DNA of 64,000 nt, taken from contig CM060733.1 of assembly GCA_030704615.1 (NCBI GenBank), forward strand, positions 67,022,001 through 67,086,000. Direction: 5' to 3'. The notes beneath the pieces were generated by a model, which had not been told where the DNA came from, did not search any database, and saw only the letters and a list, made by a program, of their open reading frames with translations. This document shows positions 24,416 through 36,289 of this stretch, in pieces (the stretch's first letter is position 1; every line of letters begins with the position of its first letter). Both the position numbers and the translations under genes were made by a program. The DNA is from Takakia lepidozioides (lineage: Eukaryota > Plantae > Bryophyta).

Positions 24416-26823
24416 CTTCATATATTGATAGGATAGCTTGTTGCCGTTGGCCCCTAAGTCCAAGTGCAATGCCCTATGTATCCAAAGACCCTCATGTTGG
24501 GAGATCTAGGCCTAGGGTAGCCTGTGCCATTGGCCCATGTGTGAAAAATTGAGATCTAAGCCCAAGTGCAATCTCCTATGTATCCAAGTGCTTCTCCCAT
24601 GTAGAGGCCCAAGTGTGACCTCCAATGTCCAATGTCATCTAAGTCCAAGTGCAATCCCTTATGCATCCAGAGACCCTACAGTTTAGGAGATCTCCATGTC
24701 ATTGTTCCAACAAAGCCCACTTTGCTATTTTTGCAATCTCCCTTGTCGAGGTTTTACTTTTGCTATTTTTCGAGAATTTCCAGCGACTAAAAATACCTGA
24801 AATTCCAAATCTCCCAAATGACGGGCCAATCATTGTCCAAGGAAAGCCCACTTTGCCATTTTTCATGAATTTCCAGCGACCCAAAGTACTTGGAATTCCG
24901 CATCTCCCACACCACAGGTCCAAAAATTATGAGACCAAGCCGGTTTACCCCTCCTCATTGAGTGCTTTCCAACGGCACCAAGCACCGGGGCTGGGCCCCC
25001 ACGGTTTGGGAGTTCTCTGCAACGATGCTACAAAACAATACACTGGCTAGAAGAGCCTGTGCCGTTGGCTCAAGTGTCCAGTGTCATCAGCTAAGTCCAA
25101 GTGCAATCCCCTATGTATCCAAGAGTGTATCCTATGTGAAGGCCCAAGTGTAACCTCTAGGGCAGCTTGTGCCGTTGGCCCAAGTGTCCAATGTCATCTA
25201 AGTCCAAGTGCAATCCCCTATGTATCCAGAGACCCAGCAGTTTGGGAGATCCAGGAGAGCCTATGCCATCGGCCCATGTGTGAAGAATTGAAATCTAAGC
25301 CCAAGTGCACTCTCCTATGTATCCAAGTGCTTCTCCCATGTGGAGGCCCAAGTGCAACCTCCAGTGTTCAATGTCATCTAAGTCCAAGTGCATCCCAAAG
25401 CCCACTTTACTATTTTTGCAATCTCCCCTTTCGAGGCTTAATATATTGATATATCCACTCTGCTATTTTTCACGAATTTCCAGTGACCAAAAGTACTTGA
25501 AATTCCAAATATCCCACGTGAAGGGCCAATCATTGCTCCAGGAAAGCCCACTTTGCTATTTTTTCCGAATTTCCAGTGACCCAAAGTACTCAAAATTCCA
25601 TATCTCCCACACCGCAGCTCCAAAAATTATGAGACCAAGCTGGTGCACCTCTCCTCATGGAGGATCCACGGCACCAAGCACCGGAGCTGGGCCCGGTTTG
25701 GGAGATCTCAACGACGCTACAAAACAAAACAAACGTCTCGCTTCATATATTGATGTGGATGAACGTCGTCCATTCAGTCTAGTGGATGAAGACATCAGTT
25801 TCAGAAACATATGTTGGTCGTGGATGAACTCCGTTTGTAAACGTGAACGTTTGAGAATCAGTTTAACATTGGAGTCTGGTCCACCTACCGGCTTCTTCTG
25901 CTCTTGTCGTCTTCATTCGCTCTAGCGCCGATGAGGGAGAGAGCTCATGTCAGGGTGCAATAATGTCTGACTTTCGCAGGATTGCGATTGTGACGGGTTC
26001 CAACACCGGGATTGGAAGGTACTTCTCCGTCGCTTTCTCTCTTGAAGAAGAACATGAGCGAGCTTGTGAGTTCTCGAGCTGATCTGTAAATCTGATATTG
26101 TAGATGACGCATTGGTTTTTCTCACTTAGATTTTATTTCAATAGAATCAGGTAGAACCTACTTTACGTGGAAAATTTTAAAGTCCAGCTGCTTCATGGAA
26201 ATATCATGGCCAGGAGGTCTGCCCCACACAAATGGGGCGGGTGTTGCTTGGGTTAGGTGTTAAGAGACCCTAATTCTTGTCTTCTTCAACAGACATTCGT
26301 GAGGTTTTTTTGCTGTCCTTCTCCCAAAGACATGTTGAACCTTAGTAACATTAGTGGTCAATCTGTTTATACTAGTGTAATTGCTTGCATGTAGACCGAC
26401 CTATATTGGATTCACAGTCTTTTGCCAGTAGCTTTCCATGCAAAGGCCCGCAAGCCTGTAGCTGATGTGGTTTTCACACCGCTTGCGGTTTCCCATTGCT
26501 TTTTTACATCCTTTTGCATGGATTTCAAGGCCTGCCCAAGGGCTGCCCAAGGGCTGATGTGGAAATACTGCTGCTGGATTTGGGCACCCTCGAGTCTGTT
26601 CGCAAGTGTGCATCTCAATTCAAGTCTCGTAATTTACCCCTACACCTCCTGGTAAAGTACTCAAATTGAATTACTCCAATCCCTCCATATTGTGGCAACT
26701 TTCCTTCCCTCTTGTGATCTCGCTCTTTAAATCTGTAGTATGGGGTCAAGCACACACACATGAACAGGTGTTGGGCCGGATCCACTATGACTGAACAACT
26801 TTGCATTGTGTACTTGAAACAGG

Positions 26824-28038
26824 TCAATAATGCCGGCGTAGCTCTCGGCACTCCTTGGTACACAGCTGAGGGCATTGGAGGGTCTGCCCAGGTACCTCTG
26901 CACTCCCTCCTGGGAGAATGTAATTTGTTTCCACTGGGAATAGACAATGGAATCTCCCACGGATCTCATAGTATAGGGGGCAATACAAGAAGTGTTCTTC
27001 AGTTTCAATTTCCTGGCTGCGCCCTGTGCAAGCAGGACATAGGTGGTCGTCCCGCTGCAGGTTTTCCCATCTGCCAGTCTCTATCCGTAGGTTGTGGGAG
27101 CCCACCCTGAACCGCCCCAAAGCCCTCAGGAGAGAAGGAGATAAAGAGGCCGAAAGGTAATTGGGCCGCAAGATTCTATCATCCCAGAGAACCAAGCATG
27201 TTTCTAGATAGAAATGGAGCTTTGTTGTGAGGGCCCTGGCCACAAGCCCCTTGGGGGGAAGGCCTTGTAACCTATGTAGGAAAATTGTAAGCCGGAAGAG
27301 GGCCTCCGTCTGGAGTGGCACACAGGCGAATTCTGCATTCAAAATGTGCGATGGAGTTGTGCCTCTGGCGCCAAGCATTGCTTGGAGGAAAGATGACTGC
27401 AATGGTTCCAGATTGTGTTCCCACCAGGAAACTGGGACTGCAGGTGCCCAAAATTCACAACCAAAAGTGGCATTTGGGGTGACGACGCTATCAAACAGCC
27501 ACTTCTTGGTCGGTGGGTGGCGTAGGTGTATCTGCTTGCATTTGGCCTGAAGGCGGATGGAGGCTGCCTTGCCTTTTGTCAATCTGTCCAGGGCAGTGGC
27601 TGCAAAGTGGAATTTGGGGGAGTGGATAACCAGCCCCAGATATCGGTAGGATTTGACTATCTCCACCTCCCGATTGTTGAGGAAGAATCTGCGGTCGGCC
27701 TGCCCATTGAAAACCATGATCTTGGTTTTTGTAAGGTTGACTTGCAACCCATAGTCATTGGAGAACTGTTCCAAGATGTCGAGATGGCGTTGTAGAAAGA
27801 TAGGAGATTGTGCCAAAAGGGCAACATCATCCGCGTAGAGGAGATCTGATTGTGTTGGTCCTCCATCCAATGGCACACCAACTCCATGGTTTTTTGAGAT
27901 GTAGACTTCCAAGGCGTCAATGTAGATTCCGAATAGGGTAGGCGAGAGGGGGCAGCCCTGTTTGACCCCAATGTTGCTATGGACCTCAGCTGAGCATTCC
28001 CCTGCGATATTGACCATGCCAGTGACGATCTCATACAT
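26824..28038 (-). mobile_element. LINE (RTE-X-like) reverse transcriptase with C-terminal CCHC region, 5'-truncated
   Basis: GVKQGCPLSPTLF, LLYADD, VNLTKTKIMVF, YRYLG, RFRVGSHNLRIETGRW, CPAC...ETEEHFLYCPLY. Confidence 0.9.
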
Positions 28039-28519
28039 GGAGGAAATAGCATAGAGGGGGCAGCCCAGAAAATTAATGTTGCAGCATGATTCTTGTCTTC
28101 TGTCATCACCAGTACCACAACCATGTGTGTCACATCTTGTTCAATATGGGTTGTACAGTAGTAGTGCTGATAGCACCATTCTTTGGTGGTATGATGACAG
28201 TGCATCGAGCTATTCGATTAAGCTTTGGTTGGAGAATCCCTGTAACCTGTGAATGTTTGAGCATGTTCTAACATGGAGTTGACTTGGTTGATATAGGTGG
28301 TGAACGTGTCATCTTCGAAGCACCGTTGGGTTGACTTTCCCAACCCTCCAGTAAACTCTCTTCCCTTATCTCTTCATACAGACATCGACAGTAAGTCCAG
28401 ATGTCCAGTGTGCTAGGTTGGATGCATTTCATTTGTTGTGGCAATGCATGATTATGAATGGTGACAAGTCAAGTGGAAAGCCCTTAAAACATGCTATTTA
28501 TTCAATGGAAGCTCATCAG

Positions 28520-29202
28520 GATAAATTTCTATGGGACTTCAAATCAGGTGACTATCCCGAAGGCAAGTTGGCCAATGTTCTATTCACTTATGAGCTTCAG
28601 CGCCGCTGGCAAGGTAACCTAAGAGTCAGCTTGAATACTTTGTGATTACCTCAATGACCCTTCATATTATGTACTCTGGTACAAATCCCCCACTGTTGAT
28701 GTGACAGCACAAGTTGGTGGAATAAAAGCTCTTATCCAATCCCTTTGTGACTCTTACCACGAGCTGTGACAATGTCTGCTTACAACCTCATGTTGATGCA
28801 TCAGATTTTCAAAGCTGTAGGGAAACCTTTGATTATTAGCTCTAATGTGACAGCAACTAGTGATTGTGTTACTTACATTGGACTAATTGTGCAGGCAAAG
28901 GTATCCAAGCTTGTGCTGTAGATCCAGGTTTGAGTCTGAGCCAACTTGCTTATACTATGTTGATCAGTTGCTAAAAAAGGGCGGGACAAAAACTTCAGTC
29001 CTATTGAATTAGCACGGACAAACTGTATGTATGTGAGAGAGGCCCAAGTGTCCATTGACATGTGGTAGTAGATTGTGTACACTTCAGTTCCTCCTGTTCC
29101 ATTGCAGATGAAATTTACATAAGCATTGAAACAGGGGCAGTTGCGAGTGACATTTGGAGACGAAGCAGTTTCAGCCGCCCACCTTTGAGCTGGCTTGCAA
29201 AT
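28520..29202 (+). pseudogene. Short-chain dehydrogenase/reductase (retinol-dehydrogenase-like) fragment; 2 exons (28520-28613, 29108-29202)
   Basis: YPEGKLANVLFTYELQRRW (YxxxK catalytic motif) splices in phase to ...TGAVASDIWR. Confidence 0.65.
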
Positions 29203-30464
29203 GTAAGCATTTGTCCCCTTGCAACCTGTATCTCCAAAATGGGTTGTTTTTTACCATGGCAGGCACTGGGCAGCAATAATGGTAGTTTCTATCAGCCAAT
29301 ACCAAGTTATCAGTTTCTATCTACAGTCTGGACTTTATTTTATTGTGATGCCTTCCATACCGATAGAGAGGGCCAGGATGCTCTTCGAGCTAGCATATGA
29401 GAGAAGAACAAAAAGAAAGATATTTCTTACATGCACAGGAGCACAATAGATTTGCCTACAAGGGAAAACCAAAACATTTTTGCCAGAAACCCCAATCATC
29501 CCCTGGAGCAGGAGACCCTCATGCAAGTAAGCTGCATTGCACCTTTTGAGAGAGAGATAAGACGCTTGAGTTGCATGGCAATGCCTAATATGACATTGAT
29601 GGGCTGCTTCTTTTGGGGCAGTATTTGCTCCAACATGGGACGGAGCAATACCAGTGATTCATGGGGCGACTGCTCCGCTGGTTGACACAGAAAAGAAAAT
29701 GCCCCTGCATTTCTTTGCTCGAGGACTGTTTGCTTGGTCTATGGTAAAGCTCATTTGTCTTTTTCCCACAAACTTCCAAGCTAGCTGTCACTCCCAATAA
29801 CAGATACAAAGTTTTGAATTAGTGTTTTTGTCAGCAGTACTAGCTACATCTTATTGACCCTGCCCCTAGCATAGCACAGTCTTCCTTTCAAAGACCAACA
29901 AATGTGCTTCCCTTTTTAGAGACTGAGTGAAAAGAAGACATCATGTGATTGGCAGGTTGTGGCCCCTTCAACAACAACTATCGGCACTAACCTGGCAGCG
30001 GTCTTTGATTGGCCACTCCGCAATATCTCAAAAGGATTTTTCCTCACAATGACCAAAGAAGTGCCATCTGCCCCCGGCTACTTATAGCACAGAACTCGCA
30101 TCAAAGCTGTGGACCCTCTCTGCTTGCATTGCTAACTTTTCTGATGGGCAAGCTTGAGAGATTCTGTAGGTTATAGTTGCTTACTGGCTGAAATAACTTC
30201 TGACTTATGTGACACCTGAACTGCAGTGCAATGCATGGATAGTCACGTAAAATAAAACAAAATGTGGACGCTTTGCCAAAGCAAGGTAGCTGCAACTTTG
30301 ACTTCTACAGATATTCTACTAGCCTCGTACTAGTATGGAGCCCACGGCGACTAAATCTGGTAAATATACCATCAGATTTTATACCTAAAATATATTGTTA
30401 CATAGTTCCTAATGTTTTTAGTACATATTTCCAATCAAAAGAACTTTGTGCTCCAAAGTCGACA

Positions 30465-30494
30465 CTAGTAGTGCAGAGCTACATGTAGCCCTAG
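30465..30494 (+). mobile_element. Helitron-type 3' terminus (degenerate copy)
   Basis: ctagtagtgcagagctacatgtagccCTAG|T, similar to 62331-62360. Confidence 0.5.
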
Positions 30495-30733
30495 TTGTTT
30501 ATTCTAACTGCCTAGGAATGAATGTTGTTATGTGACTAGACATCCAACATTTAGCTGAGTGGTAAGGGCATAAGCCGCTTCACTAGTGGTTGTGGGTTCA
30601 AACCAGATGTTGGATGTCATAAAGGTGTCACTAGAAGGCAGTAGCCCATCGAGGTCAAGTGACACCATCCCTGGCAAGTCCCCTGTCAAATCTTCCCCAT
30701 CTTGTCTTATTGTGGATTCCCTATTATTAAATA

Positions 30734-30774
30734 CTAGGGCTTCGCGTTGCTCCGCACTACTAGCGACGACTTCT
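30734..30774 (-). mobile_element. Helitron-type 3' terminus
   Basis: Reverse complement of 62320-62361 (37 bp identical); ends CTAG|T. Confidence 0.6.
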
Positions 30775-31527
30775 GAGAACAATCATTCTTTCTTTTGATT
30801 GGGAATATATACTCTACGAAAAACGTTAAAAACAGTGTTAAAGTATAACATAACATAGGTATATGATATTATGGTACTTTGTCTTGATTTAGGCAATCTC
30901 TTGTCCTCGATCCCTTGTTCGTTTTGGACCCTTTTCACCTTCTCTTTGTAAAGTTTTATGGACGTCTGCCCCCCTTCTTTGAAATAAAATAAAAATAAAG
31001 AACAATGTAAGAACTTCCAGATTCAACAATGGTAAGTTCAGAATTCATATTTATGGGCCATGAGACCTACAGGACGGACATCGCCGAAGGAGACCACCAC
31101 TGTGACCAGCCACATGTGTGTTGAATTGGGGGCTAAGGAAGCTAATTCTTTTTAGTATGATGGCAGCACCGACCTATACATCAATCAATTTCCATGTGAC
31201 CAAATTGTTGTCAAACTGTACATGACTGTTGTGGAAACTCAAAATTAGCCAGCTGAATTCCCACTAGGAGCACCACAAGTATGGCCTCAAGCTAAGTCAT
31301 AGCAAAATTCACATGGAACTGTCAATGAGGCCATCGCCTAGAAAGTCCATCCTCTCATACATAAATTCTTGGATATCTGCAAGTACAAAATTAGCTTTAT
31401 CGTTGAAGGCACATAACTATGTAACCCTCTCCACCCTCTAGCCTACCTTTTCTGCTTCATCCTAACTTCAACAAATATATCACCCATTCTCTTTTGTTCT
31501 CTCTCTTTCTCCATCCTTGACTTCCGA

Positions 31528-31697
31528 CCAAACTGGGCATGGGGTCTATGGCCACAAGGCTACAACTAACAAAGTCTCATGCGTACATTCTCTGCATCCC
31601 TGAGTTCCCTCTTGTTCTACCCAAATTGGGCACGGGGTCTATGGCCACAACGCCACAGTAAACAATGTCTTATGAGTATGTCCTCTCCATCCCTGAT
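31528..31697. repeat. Diverged ~93-bp tandem duplication
   Basis: ccaaaytgggcayggggtctatggccacaa...catccctga twice. Confidence 0.7.
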
Positions 31698-32093
31698 CTG
31701 AAGGGCCTACCCTTGGCACCAGATTGGAATTTAAACTCAGGGTGTGGAATCTCACTTTGAACAATAAAGATATGCAGAGAGGAAAGGGACATCGTCAGTG
31801 CCCGATGTGCAGGAGGCGTGAAGACAGTTTCCATTTTTCTGATACACAAGGTATTTTCATCAGAGAGTGACCCTCTTGAGGACCATCAAGACCTTAGTCC
31901 CTGCACCTCTGTTCACCAACTTTGTGAACTTGTTCTACAGTTTCAACCTTCGTAATGTCCAATTATCTTCAAAACTTTACTGTTGAGAATTCCTCTCTGA
32001 AAAGATTTCGTGCGCCTTTGCTGCTACAGTTGGAGTCCAACCTGACTCGCAGCTGGTAGAGAGTGCATTCAATTAGGTGACAAGCATTTCATT

Positions 32094-33250
32094 TCACCAG
32101 TACTCCCCACAAGAACAAACACCATTTTGGAAGTGGTAAAAGTGGTTGGCGTCCCAACCTCAATACAGGATCGACCTAGCTTCTTTCTGACACCCCTGAC
32201 CTTCATCATGTTTCTCATCTTTGTAGTATCATCCCACATGTCAGCTGCAGCATAGATGCTTGATAGCAACACATACGTCGCGGCATCATGTTCATTCCAC
32301 ATGAGGATAGATGCTGCTGCACGTTCAGCCATCTCCAGGTTGCCATGGATTCTGCAGGCACCAAGCAAGGCCTTCCATACCACAACATCTGGATTGATTG
32401 GCATTTTATTAATCGGGTCCACTGCCTCATCCAGTTGTCCCGCACGTCCAAGAAGGTCCACCATGCAGCCAAAGTGCTTTACTGTCAGAGTGACACCATG
32501 ATCTTGACTTAGGGAATCAAAATAGCGTCTTCCTTCATCCAGTAGGCCAGTGTGGCTGCATGCAGAGAGAACACATAAAGGTGATACTGTTCAAACCGTT
32601 CTTTTGCATTCCTTCAAATAGTTGCAGGACCTCCCTATGACAACATGTTGGGCATATCCTGAGATCATCGCGTTCCATGATACCACATTTCATTCAGCCA
32701 TATTGTCATTGAATACTCCCTTTGCATCCTCAATGCACCCACATTTCGCATACATGTCCACCAGCGCAGTGTCCAGAATGACATTTGGTACAATTCCAGC
32801 TTTGATGATGTCACCATGCATCTCTTTGCCCTTTTCCAGGGCTGTCAGGCTTGCACGAGCATTGCAAACGCACACAAACGTGATGTGGTTGCGCTTCACC
32901 CCTTCCCCCATCATTTGCTCATAGGTCTCCAAGGCCTCCATCCCGCGCCTCTGCTGTGCATATCTTGCAAGCATGGCGTTCCATGATACCAAATCTCGTT
33001 CAGCCATATTATTGAACACTCCCTCCGCATCCTCAATGCTCCAACATTTGGCATAAATGTCCCCGAGGGTATTGTTCAGAATCACATCTGGTACAATTCC
33101 AGATTTGACGATACAACCATGGACCTCTTTGCCCTTTTCCAGGGCTGCCAGGCTTGCACACACATTGCAAACGCACACAAACGTTATGTCGGGCTTCACC
33201 CCTCCCCCCATCATTTGCTCATAGGCATCCAAAGCCTCCATCCCTCGCCC
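32094..33250 (-). pseudogene. PLS-class PPR-E-DYW RNA-editing-factor pseudogene with the deaminase core deleted
   Basis: P-L-S repeats (GVKPDITFVCVC..., LVDMYAKCGCIEDA, RDLVSWNAML), E domains (WKALLGACRIHGN, AATYVLLSSIYA), a PG-box-like KKLGRSCIEV, then DANHFYHFQNGFCSCGEYW* in another frame; frameshifts present. Confidence 0.9.
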
Positions 33251-33251
33251 T

Positions 33252-33490
33252 ACCATTCCATATACACAGTGATGCATCAGGCATCGCCCTGGGAGCAGTT
33301 CTGGCTCAGAATGTGACAGGCACAATAGATTCCCATCTTGGATTGATCAGGATTGGTGCTGATGTGAGTGCCATTTTTAGTGAATCAAATGATTCTTGAC
33401 AATCTGGAGACCATTGGTACTTGGCATCCTTCTTTAGCAGTCTATAGACTGGTGCTGCTCTGTGAGCGTACTTGGCCATGTGACCATTTC
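33252..33490 (-). mobile_element. Ty3/gypsy RT-RNase H junction fragment with the RNase H start locally inverted
   Basis: Minus strand: YRLLKKDAKYQWSPDCQESFDSLKMALTSAPILINPRWE. Plus strand: PFHIHSDASGIALGAVLAQ. Confidence 0.85.
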
Positions 33491-33496
33491 TCCAGG

Positions 33497-34567
33497 CAGA
33501 CACTTCCCGGAGATGTGGATAAGCTCAAGTTCGCATTTCGAGAAGGGTACTGTCTAGGTTCGCCAGCCTTCAACGTTTCCATTGAGAATGAGGACGGCGA
33601 AACTCGTGGACCCACTGCGGATGAATTGTCAACATGGGATACCCACTGGCACACTCGCAACGACGAATTCGAGGCAACGCTGAAGGGTGATCCAGACTTC
33701 GGCCATATGTCGGGTAAAATGTTCTTTGTGTGGGACGAGAATCACCGACTTCTTGCCTGGTGGGAGTACATCAAGCAGAACCATGCCAAGCATATTGGCT
33801 GGCATTACATGGTGGAGTGTGTCATCCTCAAGGTGAAGGCGGCAGACTCCTCCCTGCTCAAGAATGCCATGGCGGACCTCAACTCGTAAGATACTCATAC
33901 CCTCCCAAGCACATTCGAAATGCGGTGCCGCATTTTGGTTTCCAATCTGTTTTGTTTCCGTGCTTCCGTGGACTGAACTGGAGAGTGTGCCTTGCAGGGT
34001 CACTGAAAATGCGTACGTGCATACCCACATGGCACATATGCTATACAGGGTGAGGAAAACTGGTCTCACTGATCCGCACATGTTTGCGGAAATGCTGGAG
34101 CCCGAGTTCATTCAGAAAGTCGTGGCAAAAACTGACCGGACATGGTATCGTCTCACTATGGATGGAATGGTGGAGGTGATATACGAAGTAAGTCGTCCTC
34201 TCATTTCCCTCTGCTCATCCTTCCCCAATTTCAGTAATCTTTCCACATGAATCGAATGTAACGCTTCTGCATGTTTTTGTTGCAGTCAAACATCAAGCTG
34301 GATTTGGCCCATGCCAAACGCTTCTTCATGGAAAGTGAGGGGCAAGTCAAAACGTTGCAGTCATTGACTGAGCACTTGAAGGAAGCCGGGTCAAGTCCAG
34401 AACGAAATACAAGTCAAAGCTGTGAAGCTGGTGGCCATTGCAGATCCGGCACTTGGAAAGGACTTCATCCCCAAGATTGCAAAAACTATTCTCGGGCCAT
34501 GCAGCCGACCATGCAGTTGGAGAAACTGCATCACCTCTCAATGGCATGTGTTGAGGCGAAAGAGAAG
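33497..34567 (+). pseudogene. Spliced gene relic with a ParB/sulfiredoxin-like motif (exons ~33497-33885, 33998-34187, 34286-~34567)
   Basis: MFFVWDENHRLLAW resembles hhhDG(N/H)HRhhA; phase-compatible GT-AG introns; frameshifts downstream. Confidence 0.55.
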
Positions 34568-35199
34568 GTGAGGTTTCACTGCACTGAAGTTCCTTCGTAG
34601 CAATAGCCACTCTTCTTCGTGCTCCTAACATTGGATCGGAAATGGCAGACACGGTGGCTGTCGATCTGGAATGCATCGGAGAGTATAAGGACAATGTGTT
34701 TTTTTTCCACTCGAAGTTTCCGACCCTGCAGTGGATGTGTGGCTCAACCGCATGACTTGGTGGTTCTAGGTAATTCAAGGTACTTCCCCCGATTTGCTTT
34801 TCTGAAATGAATTCCCTGAACTGCTACGTGACATTGTTTATAGGTGAAGCCCAGCTGCCCTTGTATGCGAAGCCTGGTTATGAGGTTTGTCGGGGAAATG
34901 CGGCACCACATTCGCATTTTATGTTTTCGGTTGCACTCTGTGAGTACGTTGGTCTCAACTTTTGCTCACGCATGCTGACTGCCCTGCAGGTATATGAAAT
35001 ACGTGCTTCTTCATACAGGGGCCCTGGCTCAAGAGCCCCCGTTCTTCATGGCTTGGACCGTGGCGGGCCCAAGCTGTGTCTACACACCCGAGATGCAGAA
35101 ACAATGGCATGCCGCGCATCTCGTTGGATGCCCGTGGTACCTGGACATGTATCCCATGTAGACACATCTCGTTCAGGCATCTCATCAAACACTTGTTAT

Positions 35200-36283
35200 G
35201 GTGGTTGAGGTAGCTTCCTGATCAGAGTCTTCATTCTCTCCAGGTAGTCGACTACCAGTTCCTTCTTTTTCTGTCTCAGGTTCTGTAATCCTGTGAAGAG
35301 TTCAGACATGGATTTGTTGGATCTCTATATTTCTTGAAACGTGGCTCTCATATCCGCCCAATTTGCAAAGTGATTTGCTGGAAAGGTTGCCAACCATTCC
35401 TGGCCATTGAACAAGGAAATAATCAGATCTTTTCCTGGTCTGTTGCTTCATTGTAAATGGTGCACATGTTCTCAAATTGATTAAGATGGATATCTGGATC
35501 AGATTTCCCATCATATAAAGGGAACGACGGTCTGGTTTTGCTTTTTGCTAAAGCCATTGGTGCAACTGGTGCAACTGGTGCTGCTGGTGCAACTGGTTGT
35601 CCAAATTGGGATGGTCCCGCTGCTGCTGGCTGTGGTGGTGTTGGTGTTTCAAATCTTTCTTCCAATATTTCAGCAAAGCCTCGATTTGGACTGGTTACTG
35701 TAGAAGGTCCTTCAAATCTTTCTTGTGGTAACCATTCATCAAGTGCATTACTGGCAACTTCTTCTGGTGTAGTGTTCCCACTTCCCACCGATCCAATTTC
35801 CTGATTTTCTGGTTTATCACTGTCAATTTGTCTTGATGTCTCACCTTGAATAATATTCAAGTTTTGTAATTCTGGGAACTCTTCTCTTAACCGAGCCTCC
35901 CTTTCTGCAGCATATTTCTCTATTCGTTCAGCTCTGTCTTGCTTAGCTTTTTCTTTAATTTCCTTATTCATCATATGCAGAATTCCTTTTCAGTACCCTT
36001 TAAATAGTCTTGGTATGTTAGTAAAGGAAATTTATAGTGGTCTCTACCCTTTCTCCAAGATTTACCCTATCTTGCCAGAATCCGTATTACGACTTAATTT
36101 TCCTTTTTACTAATTGATCACCAATCTTTTAATGGGCACAATAATACCATTTGTCTTTTTCGGTGTATCTGACTTGTAACAAGTCTTTGGGTATCCAGTA
36201 CTCTACTGCTTCTATGACCATATGACAATATTCATAATTTGAACATCCCTGAAAATATAACTAGTGTAGCAAACTTTTCTGAT
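35200..36283 (-). mobile_element. Ty3/gypsy gag and 5' internal region, degenerate
   Basis: FPLYDGKSDPDIHLNQFENMC; upstream region homologous to 7638-7885. Confidence 0.8.
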
Positions 36284-36289
36284 GCATGG

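Larger units (their letters stand above)
21438..25753 (-). mobile_element. Tandem array of non-autonomous Helitron-like units, interrupted by other insertions
   Basis: Minus-strand 5' end A|TCAATATATGAAG at 25753. 3' modules ggccaacggcacaggct...CTAG. Head-to-tail CTAG|TCAATATAT junction at 21815/21814 and a degenerate one near 24428. Confidence 0.7.
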
